From the NCBI GenBank assembly GCA_041651015.1, contig JBAZKA010000002.1, positions 70,163 to 134,162 of the forward strand: a stretch of 64,000 nucleotides of DNA. Reading direction: 5' to 3'. This document shows, piece by piece, positions 27,587 to 37,041 of the stretch (position 1 is its first letter; each line of letters starts with the position of its first letter). Both the position numbers and the translations under genes were made by a program. Source of the DNA: Patescibacteria group bacterium. GTDB taxonomy: Bacteria > Patescibacteriota > Patescibacteriia > Magasanikbacterales > GWA2-37-8. The notes below the pieces were generated by a model. The model was not told where the DNA came from and ran no database searches. It saw only the letters and a list, made by a program, of their open reading frames with translations.

Positions 27587-28846
27587 TTACTTAGTTTTTT
27601 CAATTAAATTATTTTTCGCCATTACAATCATTCCGACCAAAACCCAAAACATCATGGCCAAATCGTTTTTAAAATATGGCACGTCCACCAAGCCGTGGAC
27701 AAGGAAGGCGACGAGCGCGCCGAGAATCGCCGCGCCGAGGAGTTTGTCTTTTTGATAAATTTTTATACCGCAATAAATTAAATAACCGTACACGCCAAAG
27801 ATAGCCACCATGCCGGTTAGTCCGGTTTCCAGCCAAAAATTCAAAAAGATATTGTGCGGATAAATTAAGCGTTCCATTTCTTCAACATTATAATGCGGTC
27901 TTTGTACTTCGTTGAAAAACATGCGCAGGCCCGAGCCGAGGACAAAATGCTTTGGCGAGGCGGTCAGGTATTGCATAGAATATGTCCAAAGCGTCAGGCG
28001 GTTTTGCCCGGCTTGGTCTTGGAAAGTAAAGGCCGAACGCAAGCTTGGCACCAGCGCCACGCCGAATATTATCATGACGATGACTGTTGCGGCGAGTTGT
28101 CGTTTGCCGGTCAAGAAGACATATACGAGCAAACCGCCCATAAACGCGGCCCAAGCGCCCTGTGAAAATGAAGCGAGGATGGCTATCGCGCCTAAAATAA
28201 AGATACCAGCTCGGCACAGATCGCCGTGTTCTGATTTTTTTTCTGCTAGTCGCCTGATGGCCGGAGCTAAAAGTAAGATTATCGGCACGAGAAATAAACC
28301 AATGGCGTTCGGCGTGGTAAAAAACGAAGTTGGCCGGCCGAAAAGCTGGTCATCCCACAAACTCGGCGGAAACGGTCCGCCGAAAACCATTTGAATAATC
28401 GCGAGCCCGGAAATACTAACTGTGGCAATAGCCAACGAATCGCGCAAAAATTTATAATCAATTTGCCGTGCGACGATAATGACAAATATAATGATCGGTT
28501 CCAAAAAATACGCCCGCCAAAGTCCTAGGGCTTTGAGCAGATTTGGGTTGGTGAGAGCGGCGAGAAATGTACCAGCGAGGAAGAGCGCGGTTAAAATAAA
28601 AATTAATTTATTTTTTTTGGCTAGTTCTTTTAACTTTGGCCAATCAGCATGCGCGTATTTAACAAGCCAGAGAAGCGCGATGGCGCCAAAGGCCATTTCC
28701 AGTGCGGTGGTTGGTAATGGGCCGATGTTGCCGCGAAGCAGGTATGTCGGCAAAGCGACTATCAAAAGGCCGATAGATAAACGAAAATTTACCGCGGCCA
28801 GACAGGAAAAGAGAAGAAAAATTCCGATTAAGAAAAGATTTGGCAT
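27587..28846 (-). CDS. O-antigen ligase (Wzy_C) family membrane protein
   Basis: Multi-TM; PN, SQGAW, R..LW, GSG, YPHNIFLNFWLETG. Confidence 0.85.
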   Translation of the reverse strand: MPNLFLIGIFLLFSCLAAVNFRLSIGLLIVALPTYLLRGNIGPLPTTALEMAFGAIALLWLVKYAHADWPKLKELAKKNKLIFILTALFLAGTFLAALTNPNLLKALGLWRAYFLEPIIIFVIIVARQIDYKFLRDSLAIATVSISGLAIIQMVFGGPFPPSLWDDQLFGRPTSFFTTPNAIGLFLVPIILLLAPAIRRLAEKKSEHGDLCRAGIFILGAIAILASFSQGAWAAFMGGLLVYVFLTGKRQLAATVIVMIIFGVALVPSLRSAFTFQDQAGQNRLTLWTYSMQYLTASPKHFVLGSGLRMFFNEVQRPHYNVEEMERLIYPHNIFLNFWLETGLTGMVAIFGVYGYLIYCGIKIYQKDKLLGAAILGALVAFLVHGLVDVPYFKNDLAMMFWVLVGMIVMAKNNLIEKTK

Positions 28847-28993
28847 ACCCCGTAGAAGAATTTTGAATTAATGTGAATTATAAGTATTTTGTATTTATTA
28901 AAATGATATTATGAACCGCTTTGCCACAGCCTGACAAGTATTTTTTATTTTGCCTTAAAGGCAAAATATTTCAAAATTTCTCTACGGGGCATG

Positions 28994-29602
28994 TTATTTT
29001 TTTACTTCAGGCGCGTGCTCGCCGAGACGCCAATGAGTAAATTCGTGTTTAAAAATCACGATAATAAATGACGCGCCGATTAATGAAAGACACCCGACTG
29101 TGATAAATAAAAATTTGAAAGAAAAAGCCTCGGCCAGAGTGGCGCCGAGAAAAGCGGAGGCGGCTGTGCCAAAACTGATTATGGTGTTGTAAACACTCCA
29201 CTCATAGCCGGCTTTTTCCTGCCGGCTGTAGCGTGAGTAAATCACCACCCAACCGGGAAAGGCGCAGGCCGAGCCAAAACCGTAAATAAATTGGATGAGG
29301 TAAATATGCCAAACATCGGTGGAAAAAATAAAACAAAACGGCGCAATGCTCATCAGAAGCGAGCCGACAAACAAAGCGAATAATTCACGGCGGTTGCCGG
29401 CTTCGGCATCGGTCCATTTGGCGATGGCAATTTGAAAAAATCCTTTGGCTAAAAGTTGGACGGCCGTGGCAATACCGATGGTCGTAATGCTCGCGCCGTT
29501 GATTTCATTCAACATAAAGATGGCGAAGATCGGTTGGATCAAACCAAAACCGCCTAGTAAAAATAGGTCGGACAAAATTAGGGCGCGCAAAACTTTGTGC
29601 AT
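28994..29602 (-). CDS. Half-size (about 6 TM) MFS-like transporter
   Basis: 202-aa hydrophobic ORF resembling one MFS half. Confidence 0.65.
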   Translation of the reverse strand: MHKVLRALILSDLFLLGGFGLIQPIFAIFMLNEINGASITTIGIATAVQLLAKGFFQIAIAKWTDAEAGNRRELFALFVGSLLMSIAPFCFIFSTDVWHIYLIQFIYGFGSACAFPGWVVIYSRYSRQEKAGYEWSVYNTIISFGTAASAFLGATLAEAFSFKFLFITVGCLSLIGASFIIVIFKHEFTHWRLGEHAPEVKK

Positions 29603-29829
29603 ATATATTTGTTATATGACAAATATATATTATCATTTATAAAGTAAATAATCAAAAATTTTAGAGTTATCCACATAAATATTTGACAGACAGTTACGGA
29701 AATTGTATTCTTTTTTATACGCAATCACTCCCAAATAAAAGAGAGGAGGAAAAAGAAGGGTCTTTTAATTGTGGGAGTTTTTTTGTTCTTTGAGAAACGA
29801 TGCTGACAACCAACAGAAGAAGGTGCAAA

Positions 29830-30234
29830 ATGGAACGAGTTGGAAAGATGAAGTTCTTCGCGACCGCAGTGCTTCTCGTCTCGATGTGGTGCCTCTGTAA
29901 ATCGGCGGAGGCTGGCAGTTGGAGCGCGTGGTCTGAAGTAACCATCGTGGCTAATGGCTCGCATACGGTGTACTTCATCCCGGGCGTAGAAGGGACCCAC
30001 AAGATTCAATTCCTCAACGACCAACCCACCTATCAGGGAGGGGAGATGGAATCGTATTGGGGCAGCTCTGATAATGTGGGTACGTGGTATTGGTGGGCTA
30101 CCAGTGACGTGTTCTATTATACTAGGACACAGACACTGGAAAGCGGGAGCGACGATATTATTTATAAATTTGTATTTTATAATATCAATAATTTTTCTGT
30201 TGTTTTCAACTATCGTTTCTATACGGACGACTAA
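29830..30234 (+). CDS. Secreted hypothetical protein (aromatic, beta-rich)
   Basis: Signal peptide ending AEA; promoter TTGACA-17-TATTCT at 29683; 15-bp IR at 30261-30294 downstream. Confidence 0.65.
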   Translation: MERVGKMKFFATAVLLVSMWCLCKSAEAGSWSAWSEVTIVANGSHTVYFIPGVEGTHKIQFLNDQPTYQGGEMESYWGSSDNVGTWYWWATSDVFYYTRTQTLESGSDDIIYKFVFYNINNFSVVFNYRFYTDD

Positions 30235-30326
30235 TCCTTAGAAAGAATTAGTCGCTCGACGACGTTAACCCTGCGTTTTCGCAGGGTTAACGTCACCCCT
30301 AATAATATATTATTTATATAATATTT

Positions 30327-30740
30327 ATGAACACAAAAAACAAATTCACACTATTGTTGATTCTAAGTTCCTTGATTGTTTTAGGCACGAATTTATATTA
30401 TAATTTTGCCGACCTTATTATTTCTGACGGAAGATGGAAAACAATTGTTTCCGTTACTGGACTATTCGTAATCGTATATTTAATTTTGTTTGGTCTGGTA
30501 AGTAAAAAGTTTTTAGCCGAAAGAAATTATTATTTTATGATTGTGTTTAGTATTATATTATCAATATTTTTTCTAACATTACAACCGGCAATATCCCGCG
30601 CGTTTCAAGATAATCGAGCGTTTTATGTGGCGGGATATGTTTTAACCGCACCGTATTTAATAGTATTGGGAATCGGGATTGTTGCATATATCACATTAGT
30701 GCTTTTTATAGAAAGATTAAGAGTAAAGAATAAGGTTTAA
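30327..30740 (+). CDS. Hypothetical membrane protein (low GC)
   Basis: Four hydrophobic segments. Confidence 0.65.
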   Translation: MNTKNKFTLLLILSSLIVLGTNLYYNFADLIISDGRWKTIVSVTGLFVIVYLILFGLVSKKFLAERNYYFMIVFSIILSIFFLTLQPAISRAFQDNRAFYVAGYVLTAPYLIVLGIGIVAYITLVLFIERLRVKNKV

Positions 30741-30846
30741 GTAGATTTGCATAAATAAATTAGCAACACACGGAATTACTCCGTGTGTATTTATTAAATC
30801 TCTATAATAATTAAATTTTGTGCTATAATATCAAAAACCAGTATCA

Positions 30847-31641
30847 ATGTCCAATATGACACATGCAAAAATCGGTTTGGCGCTCGGTTCTGGCGCGGCG
30901 CGCGGCCTCGCCCATATCGGCGTGCTAAAAGTTTTGGAACGCAACAATATTCCGATTGATTATATTTCCGGCGCATCTATCGGCGCCGTGGTCGGCGCGC
31001 TTTATGCCGCGACGCGCAATGTCGCGGAGATGGAAAAAGTCGTCACTGAGGCGGATTGGAAATTATTTCTGTCGTTAATTGATCCGACTGTGGTAAACGG
31101 CATGATTAAAGGTGAAAAAATTAAAAAATTTTTGCGCCGCTTTGTTGGTGATATGACTTTTGCGGATTTGAAAATTCCTCTCGCGGTCGTGGCCACGGAT
31201 TTACAGACCGGAGAGCCGGTTATTTTGGACAAAGGCGATGTGGTTGACGCGATTATGGCTTCCAGCACCGTGCCTTTGGTCTTTCAACCGGTAAAAATGA
31301 ACGATCATATTTTAGTGGATGGCGGGTTGTCGCATCCAGTGCCGACGCAGATTTTGCGCGAACGCGGGATGAAAAAAGTTATTGCCGTGAATTTGGACGC
31401 GGATTTTTTTACCAAGAAAAAAGTGGATTTGTCGCCCGGAGCCATGGCCATGCAAATGATTACGTTGATGCGGTATCATCTGGCGGAATACGATGCCGCA
31501 CTCGCCGATGTGGTTATCGCGCCCGAGGTTGGCGGCATATTTGGCACGCGGTTTAACGCCGGACCGCCGGTGATTGACATGGGTGAAAAAGCGGCGCAGA
31601 AAGTTTTACCGCAAATAAAAAAATTGGCGGCTAGAAATTAA
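30847..31641 (+). CDS. Patatin-like phospholipase (RssA family)
   Basis: GSGAARG, GASIG, DGG. Confidence 0.92.
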   Translation: MSNMTHAKIGLALGSGAARGLAHIGVLKVLERNNIPIDYISGASIGAVVGALYAATRNVAEMEKVVTEADWKLFLSLIDPTVVNGMIKGEKIKKFLRRFVGDMTFADLKIPLAVVATDLQTGEPVILDKGDVVDAIMASSTVPLVFQPVKMNDHILVDGGLSHPVPTQILRERGMKKVIAVNLDADFFTKKKVDLSPGAMAMQMITLMRYHLAEYDAALADVVIAPEVGGIFGTRFNAGPPVIDMGEKAAQKVLPQIKKLAARN

Positions 31642-31643
31642 TT

Positions 31644-32210
31644 CTACAGCAGATGGCGGCTCGCCTCGCGGAGAGCCGTTTTTCTTTTTTTGTAATCTGG
31701 AATCGTTTTGGCGACTATTGCCCAAAAACGGGAAGAGTGGTTCATTTCTTGCAAGTGGCAAAGTTCGTGCACGATTAAATAATCCAAGAGTGATACGGGT
31801 AGATATACCAAGCGGAAATTAAAGCTCAAGTTGCCGTGTCCTGAACACGAACCCCAGCGCGTGGTTTGATTGCGGATATATATTTTTTGCGGGCGAAGAT
31901 TATAAATTTCGCCGAAGTGACGAATTTTCTCGCGGACAATTTTTAAGGCGAGAAGTTTGTTTTTATGAAAATCATTTTTGGAAATGGTTTTTTTATTCGC
32001 GTTTTCAGGCTTGCATTTGGCAAGTGTATTTAATATCCATTCGGATTTATCCAATACAAATTGTTTGATATATTTTTGCGTCACAAATCTCGGCGCGCTC
32101 ACTACCACTCGGCCGTCCGCGTGGATTAAAATTCTCACCCGCCGTGATAGGCGATTTTTTTTGATAGTAAAGTCAATGATTTTACCGTTGAGGGTGATTT
32201 GATGGGGCAT
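31644..32210 (-). CDS. YgjP/DUF45 metal-dependent hydrolase
   Basis: RWGSCS, HELCH, NHSSRFW. Confidence 0.9.
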   Translation of the reverse strand: MPHQITLNGKIIDFTIKKNRLSRRVRILIHADGRVVVSAPRFVTQKYIKQFVLDKSEWILNTLAKCKPENANKKTISKNDFHKNKLLALKIVREKIRHFGEIYNLRPQKIYIRNQTTRWGSCSGHGNLSFNFRLVYLPVSLLDYLIVHELCHLQEMNHSSRFWAIVAKTIPDYKKRKTALREASRHLL

Positions 32211-32290
32211 ATCTGGTTAATTTTAACAGATAAACCGATGGATGGGTAGGGTTGATTTTTTTTCGCATTTATGCTATTATACGCCTCATT

Positions 32291-32377
32291 GGAAGGGTGG
32301 CTGAGCGGTCGAAAGCGACAGTCTTGAAAACTGTTGTCCATGAAAGTGGACCGTGGGTTCGAATCCCACCCCTTCCG
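32291..32377 (+). tRNA. tRNA-Ser(UGA)
   Basis: Long variable arm; ACAGT-CTTGAAA-ACTGT. Confidence 0.96.
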
Positions 32378-32378
32378 C

Positions 32379-32481
32379 ATAATTTATTTACGCCATATGG
32401 CGTAAATAAATTATTGTGAATGTGGGATGAGAAGTTCATGCCCCGAGAGCGAAGCGAAGGGGTAAATCCCACCCCTTCCGC
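32379..32481 (+). mobile_element. Miniature tRNA-associated element ending in a 17-bp duplication of the tRNA-Ser 3' end
   Basis: AATCCCACCCCTTCCGC at 32362-32378 and 32465-32481; perfect 36-bp palindrome at 32379-32414. Confidence 0.6.
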
Positions 32482-32494
32482 TTATTCAACATCT

Positions 32495-32580
32495 GGAGAG
32501 ATGGCTGAGCGGTTGAAGGCACCGGTTTCGAAAACCGGCGTACTCAAAAGGTACCGTGGGTTCAAATCCCACTCTCTCCG
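32495..32580 (+). tRNA. tRNA-Ser(CGA)
   Basis: Long variable arm; CCGGT-TTCGAAA-ACCGG. Confidence 0.96.
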
Positions 32581-32628
32581 CACAATAAAAAAATCACCCC
32601 GCGCCATGGAGTGATTTTTAATCTCAAT

Positions 32629-33378
32629 TTATTTTTCCGGACTGATTTTATCAAACGCCCTCAATACTTCAAGCGGTAAAGCGAAGACAATCGTATTGGA
32701 TTGGTCTGACGAAACGTCGTTGATGGTGTTGAGTGTGCGCAAGTGAAGGGCGCCAGGTGCGGCCGATAAAATTTTGGCAGCCTCGGCCAGTTTGGTGGAG
32801 GCGATAAGCTCGCCTTCGGCGTTAATAATCACCGCGCGTTTTTCACGCTCTGCTTCGGCTTGCTTGGCAATAGTGCGTTGCATATCATCGGGCAAGATTA
32901 TATCTTTCAATTCCACGGTTTCCACGAGTACACCCCATTTATCCGTCATGCCTTCCACAATTTCTTTAATTCTGTCCGCGGCCGCATCGCGATTGGCCAA
33001 AAGTCCGTCTAGCTCCAATTCGCCAACTACATTGCGCATGGTGGTTTGCGCCAACTGCGAGACAGCGTATTGAAAATTTTCCACTTCCAATATCGCTTTG
33101 GACGAATTTACTACTTTGTAATAAATAACGGCATTGATCTTTGCGGATACATTATCTCGGGTGATGGCTTCTTGAAGCGGGACATCAACGGCTTTGGTGC
33201 GAATATCCACTTTGGTCAGGCTTTGGATGATCGGAAAGACCAGATGCCAGCCCGGTTCCAAAGATTTGTAATATTTGCCGAGAAAGAATTTTACACCCCT
33301 CTGATATTGCTCCACTTGGCGGATTGACCGCAAGACCAGCAATAAAATTAGGAATAGCAGTACGTATATAAATTGCAT
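32629..33378 (-). CDS. SPFH/band-7 (slipin) family protein
   Basis: N-terminal TM, ITRDNV, AQTTMRNVVG, QAEAEREKRA. Confidence 0.92.
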   Translation of the reverse strand: MQFIYVLLFLILLLVLRSIRQVEQYQRGVKFFLGKYYKSLEPGWHLVFPIIQSLTKVDIRTKAVDVPLQEAITRDNVSAKINAVIYYKVVNSSKAILEVENFQYAVSQLAQTTMRNVVGELELDGLLANRDAAADRIKEIVEGMTDKWGVLVETVELKDIILPDDMQRTIAKQAEAEREKRAVIINAEGELIASTKLAEAAKILSAAPGALHLRTLNTINDVSSDQSNTIVFALPLEVLRAFDKISPEK

Positions 33379-33535
33379 ATGTTTGCATTTATTGGCTTAA
33401 GCGCCATTGGTTTTATTTTACACCGTTTAGTATATTTGACAACCCCGCCATCATATTGGGCATAAAATAGGAATTTGTGCTATAATATATTAAGAAGCCC
33501 CGAGAGGCACGGGAGCTTTTTTTATTTGAAAATAT

Positions 33536-34609
33536 ATGAAAACGCGAAAAATAATATTTACGGTCGGTGTGGTAGCCGTAATTTTGGTCATCATTGCCGC
33601 GGCAGTAATTATTTTATGGCCAAAGAAAAAACTTTCCGCCGAATTGAATGTTTACAATTGGACGGAGTATTTATCGCCCGAGGTCATTCTTGGATTTGAA
33701 AAAGAATATGGCGTAAAAATTAACATGCATTATTATGATGATGAATTCATCATGCTTCATGAACTGGAAAATAATCCGAATACGGATAAATACGATTTGA
33801 TTGTCGCCGGTAATTCCATCATGGGGCGGTTAATTGAATCTGATTTGCTGGCTTCAATTAATGCCAAGAATATACCGAATTTAAAAAATATTGGCAGTGA
33901 ATTTAAAGACACGATATTTAATGCTAAAAATATTTACGGAGTTCCTTATTGTTGGGGCACGACCGGCATATTGGTAAACAAAAAGTTTATTCCCAATGCC
34001 GACAGTTGGGGTGTTTTGTGGAATAAAAAGTACGCGGGTAAAATTTGCATGTTAAGCGATCCGGCCGAAGTTATCGGGGCGGCGGCCAAATATCTTGGTT
34101 TACCGCTTGTGCCACAGTCTGTGGAGCAAATGAGTCAGGTAAGAAATGTTTTGTTGACGCAGAAAAGCATCATCCGAGGATATTGCGACGATACCACTGC
34201 GTCTGACGGTGCGGTATCCGGAGAATTTTGGGCGGTGGAAGAATGGAGTGGGACGGCGGCGGACGCGATAATGCAAAATTCAGATCTGTCTTATATAATT
34301 CCCAAAGAGGGCGGAGCGAGCTGGTTTGACATGTTTGCCCTTCCGAAAAATGCCAAGAATAAATATACGGCCGAAGTTTTTCTGAATTATTTGAATCGTC
34401 CGGACGTTAACGCAAAAAATGTTGAATATGTGTTTTATGCCAGTTGTAATGAAGGGGCGAAGGAGTTTGTGAGCAAGGATATTTTGGATAATCAGATTAT
34501 TTATCCGTCAAAGGCGGTGATGAATCGTTTAGATTCTTATACTGATTTTATTGTTGATGACGAGGTGTATAAGATGCGGGATGAATTGTGGGTTGAATTA
34601 AATAGTTGA
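33536..34609 (+). CDS. PotD/PotF-like polyamine-binding protein with N-terminal anchor (no adjacent permease)
   Basis: LNVYNWTEY, VPYCWGTTGI, IPKEG..W.D. Confidence 0.85.
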   Translation: MKTRKIIFTVGVVAVILVIIAAAVIILWPKKKLSAELNVYNWTEYLSPEVILGFEKEYGVKINMHYYDDEFIMLHELENNPNTDKYDLIVAGNSIMGRLIESDLLASINAKNIPNLKNIGSEFKDTIFNAKNIYGVPYCWGTTGILVNKKFIPNADSWGVLWNKKYAGKICMLSDPAEVIGAAAKYLGLPLVPQSVEQMSQVRNVLLTQKSIIRGYCDDTTASDGAVSGEFWAVEEWSGTAADAIMQNSDLSYIIPKEGGASWFDMFALPKNAKNKYTAEVFLNYLNRPDVNAKNVEYVFYASCNEGAKEFVSKDILDNQIIYPSKAVMNRLDSYTDFIVDDEVYKMRDELWVELNS

Positions 34610-34698
34610 GATTATTCATATTTTGTCCTCTTCAGGATTTTAGTGTATAATATGGATAGAAGCTGCCCGATGCTCTCTGACACTGTAGCAGAATTCAT

Positions 34699-35364
34699 AT
34701 GAAAATTTTACTTGTTGAAGACGACAAAGATATTTTGGCCTTCTTGAGGGCGAGTTTGAAAACCGAGGGGTTTGTCGTGGACGCGACCGATGATGGCGAG
34801 CGCGGGATGGAAATGGCCCGCATCAATTCGTATGATTTGATAATTCTGGATTTAAATTTACCAAATAAAAATGGCGACGAAATTTGCCGAGATATTCGCG
34901 GACGCGGCAAAACGACTCCGATACTCATGCTCTCGGTGCAATCGTCTGTGAGCAATAAGGTTGACTTGTTGAATTCCGGAGCCGATGACTATGTTTGCAA
35001 GCCGTTTTCATTTGAAGAAGTGTTGGCGCGGATCAAAGCCCTTTTGCGTCGTCCCGCGGCCACATACAAAGAAACGCTTACATGCGCGGATCTGGTTATG
35101 GATTTGAACAAGAGAATAGTAAAACGGAACGGGAGGGAAATAAATTTGACCGGCAAGGAGTTTAACCTTTTAGAATATTTGTTGCGCCACAAAGGCGAAA
35201 TTGTGCCAAAGACCGCGATATTGGAAAATGTTTGGGACTCGGAAGTGGATTTATTTTCCAATGCTATTGAGACGCACGTGTTAAATTTAAGAAAAAAATT
35301 AAACCGCGCCAGTTCGGATGATTTGATTAAGACTGTTTCCGGACGCGGCTATCGCATTGGATAA
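34699..35364 (+). CDS. OmpR/PhoB-family response regulator
   Basis: LLVEDD, ILDLNLP, GADDYVCKPF, wHTH ending TVSGRGY. Confidence 0.95.
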   Translation: MKILLVEDDKDILAFLRASLKTEGFVVDATDDGERGMEMARINSYDLIILDLNLPNKNGDEICRDIRGRGKTTPILMLSVQSSVSNKVDLLNSGADDYVCKPFSFEEVLARIKALLRRPAATYKETLTCADLVMDLNKRIVKRNGREINLTGKEFNLLEYLLRHKGEIVPKTAILENVWDSEVDLFSNAIETHVLNLRKKLNRASSDDLIKTVSGRGYRIG

Positions 35365-35436
35365 TCAAAACAAAGGTCGGCTTTAATTCACCGTTATTAA
35401 CCCGTAGATTTTCTAGAAAAACTGGGCATTAATAAT

Positions 35437-35556
35437 ATGGACAAGCTTATCAAAAAGTTTCTAACAAGCAAGGCGGCGCGTAACGGAGTTGAATTGACTT
35501 TGTTCGTGGCTGCGGCAATGAGCGCGGGTTATCCCTGGAGAGGAACGCTCGAATAG
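35437..35556 (+). CDS. 39-aa candidate pheromone/RiPP precursor (ComX-like; absent from ORF track)
   Basis: MDKLIKKFLTSKAARNGVELTLFVAAAMSAGYPWRGTLE; fills the regulator-kinase gap; followed by a hairpin. Confidence 0.7.
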   Translation: MDKLIKKFLTSKAARNGVELTLFVAAAMSAGYPWRGTLE

Positions 35557-35583
35557 TGCTTTTGTTTGGTTTCTGTTATCTAT

Positions 35584-35612
35584 GAGCACTCCTTTCTAAA
35601 GAGGGAGTGCTT
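35584..35612 (+). terminator. Stem-loop between peptide gene and kinase
   Basis: AGCACTCCTTTC-taaa-GAGGGAGTGCT stem. Confidence 0.6.
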
Positions 35613-35623
35613 ACTACTTTAAT

Positions 35624-37039
35624 ATGTTGAAGGAACTATATTGGAAATTTTTACGACCGAACTCTGTAGATGAGGACTTACAGAGGCGAGAATACATCTT
35701 AAATATTTTGCTTTCCTCGTCAATAATTTTGTTGATTCTCGCAAATATTATATGTTTTTTTGATCGCGTATTTTTATATAGCTCAACCCTTGAACAAAAT
35801 TCTGTGCCACCTTTTATTGTGGTTGGGTTATTATTATTTTTTGTAGGTTTATATATTTTGTCGCGCAAAAAGTTTGTCAAAATTTCGGCGGTAATATATG
35901 TGTCAGTATATTATTTTGTATCAATATATTTATCCAGTAGATATGGAATAGGGCTTGGCACCGGTCTGTTATTTTATATTTTAACAATAGTAATATCCGG
36001 AATTTTGGTCAGCGCTAAGTTTTCTTTTGTTGCCGCAGTGATTTCGTCTGTTGGGATAATGTTTATAAATATTTTTCACAACGAAGGGGTTCTTGCGCGC
36101 TTATCATATTGGGAGGGGATGAAATTGGATGGTATTGATGTTATATTATTTTCCATCGTCTTTTTCATCGTTGCCACAGTCTCATGGCTGTCCAATCGCG
36201 AAATAGAAAAATCATTGACTCGGGCGCGCAAGTCCGAAGCCGAATTAAAAGAAGAAAAAGACATGTTGGAAATTCGGGTGGAAGAAAGGACACAAGATTT
36301 GCAAAAAGCGCAGATGGAAAGATTGGTACAATTATCCCGCTTCGCGGAAATGGGGCGTTTGTCCGTGGGTTTGTTTCACGATTTGGTCAGTCCGTTAACG
36401 GCTGTTTCTCTTGGCGTGGAACGCATCAAAAATACACAAACCTCGAGTGAGGGATGTCATTTGATTGAAGCGGATTTGGAGCGGGTATTAAAAACCACCG
36501 AACGCATCGGTAAATTTATTACTTCTGTACGCAAGCAAATTTCCGGCAACCAAACCCGAGAAATATTTTCAGTAAATCAGGAAATCAAAGACGCGATTCA
36601 ACTCATGGCTTATCCGGCGCGCCAAGCCGACGTTTCAATCATCTTTTCCGAAAATAAAAATATTGAGACCGCCGGCAGTCCGATTAGGTTCAGCCAGATG
36701 ATTGTCAATTTAATTTCCAATGCCGTGGATTCTTTCCCACCGATGAATCCGGCCGAGCTGGGGCGCGTCAGTCGCGAGATTGTCATTCGTTTGGCCGAGG
36801 ACGCGGGCCAAATTATGTTGTCCATTGGCGATAATGGACGCGGGATTTCGGCGGACATTCAAGATAAAATTTTTGAACCGTTTTTTACCACCAAAGATTC
36901 CAAGCATGGCACCGGCGTGGGCTTGTCCATGGTCAAAAGCGTGGCCGAAATAGATTTCCACGGTAAAGTTATGTTTGAGAGCGAGGAAAATAAAGGCACA
37001 AAATTTATCATTACATTTCCAAAAGATCTAAAAATTTGA
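35624..37039 (+). CDS. Multi-TM sensor histidine kinase
   Basis: About six TMs, coiled coil, H-box FHDLVSPL, NLISNA, DNGRG, FEPFFTTK, GTGVGL. Confidence 0.95.
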   Translation: MLKELYWKFLRPNSVDEDLQRREYILNILLSSSIILLILANIICFFDRVFLYSSTLEQNSVPPFIVVGLLLFFVGLYILSRKKFVKISAVIYVSVYYFVSIYLSSRYGIGLGTGLLFYILTIVISGILVSAKFSFVAAVISSVGIMFINIFHNEGVLARLSYWEGMKLDGIDVILFSIVFFIVATVSWLSNREIEKSLTRARKSEAELKEEKDMLEIRVEERTQDLQKAQMERLVQLSRFAEMGRLSVGLFHDLVSPLTAVSLGVERIKNTQTSSEGCHLIEADLERVLKTTERIGKFITSVRKQISGNQTREIFSVNQEIKDAIQLMAYPARQADVSIIFSENKNIETAGSPIRFSQMIVNLISNAVDSFPPMNPAELGRVSREIVIRLAEDAGQIMLSIGDNGRGISADIQDKIFEPFFTTKDSKHGTGVGLSMVKSVAEIDFHGKVMFESEENKGTKFIITFPKDLKI

Positions 37040-37041
37040 AT

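Noticed and set aside
24204-32481. Prophage or integrative island between the tRNA clusters
   Set aside because: No integrase or phage genes; the att-like duplications enclose only 86-127 bp
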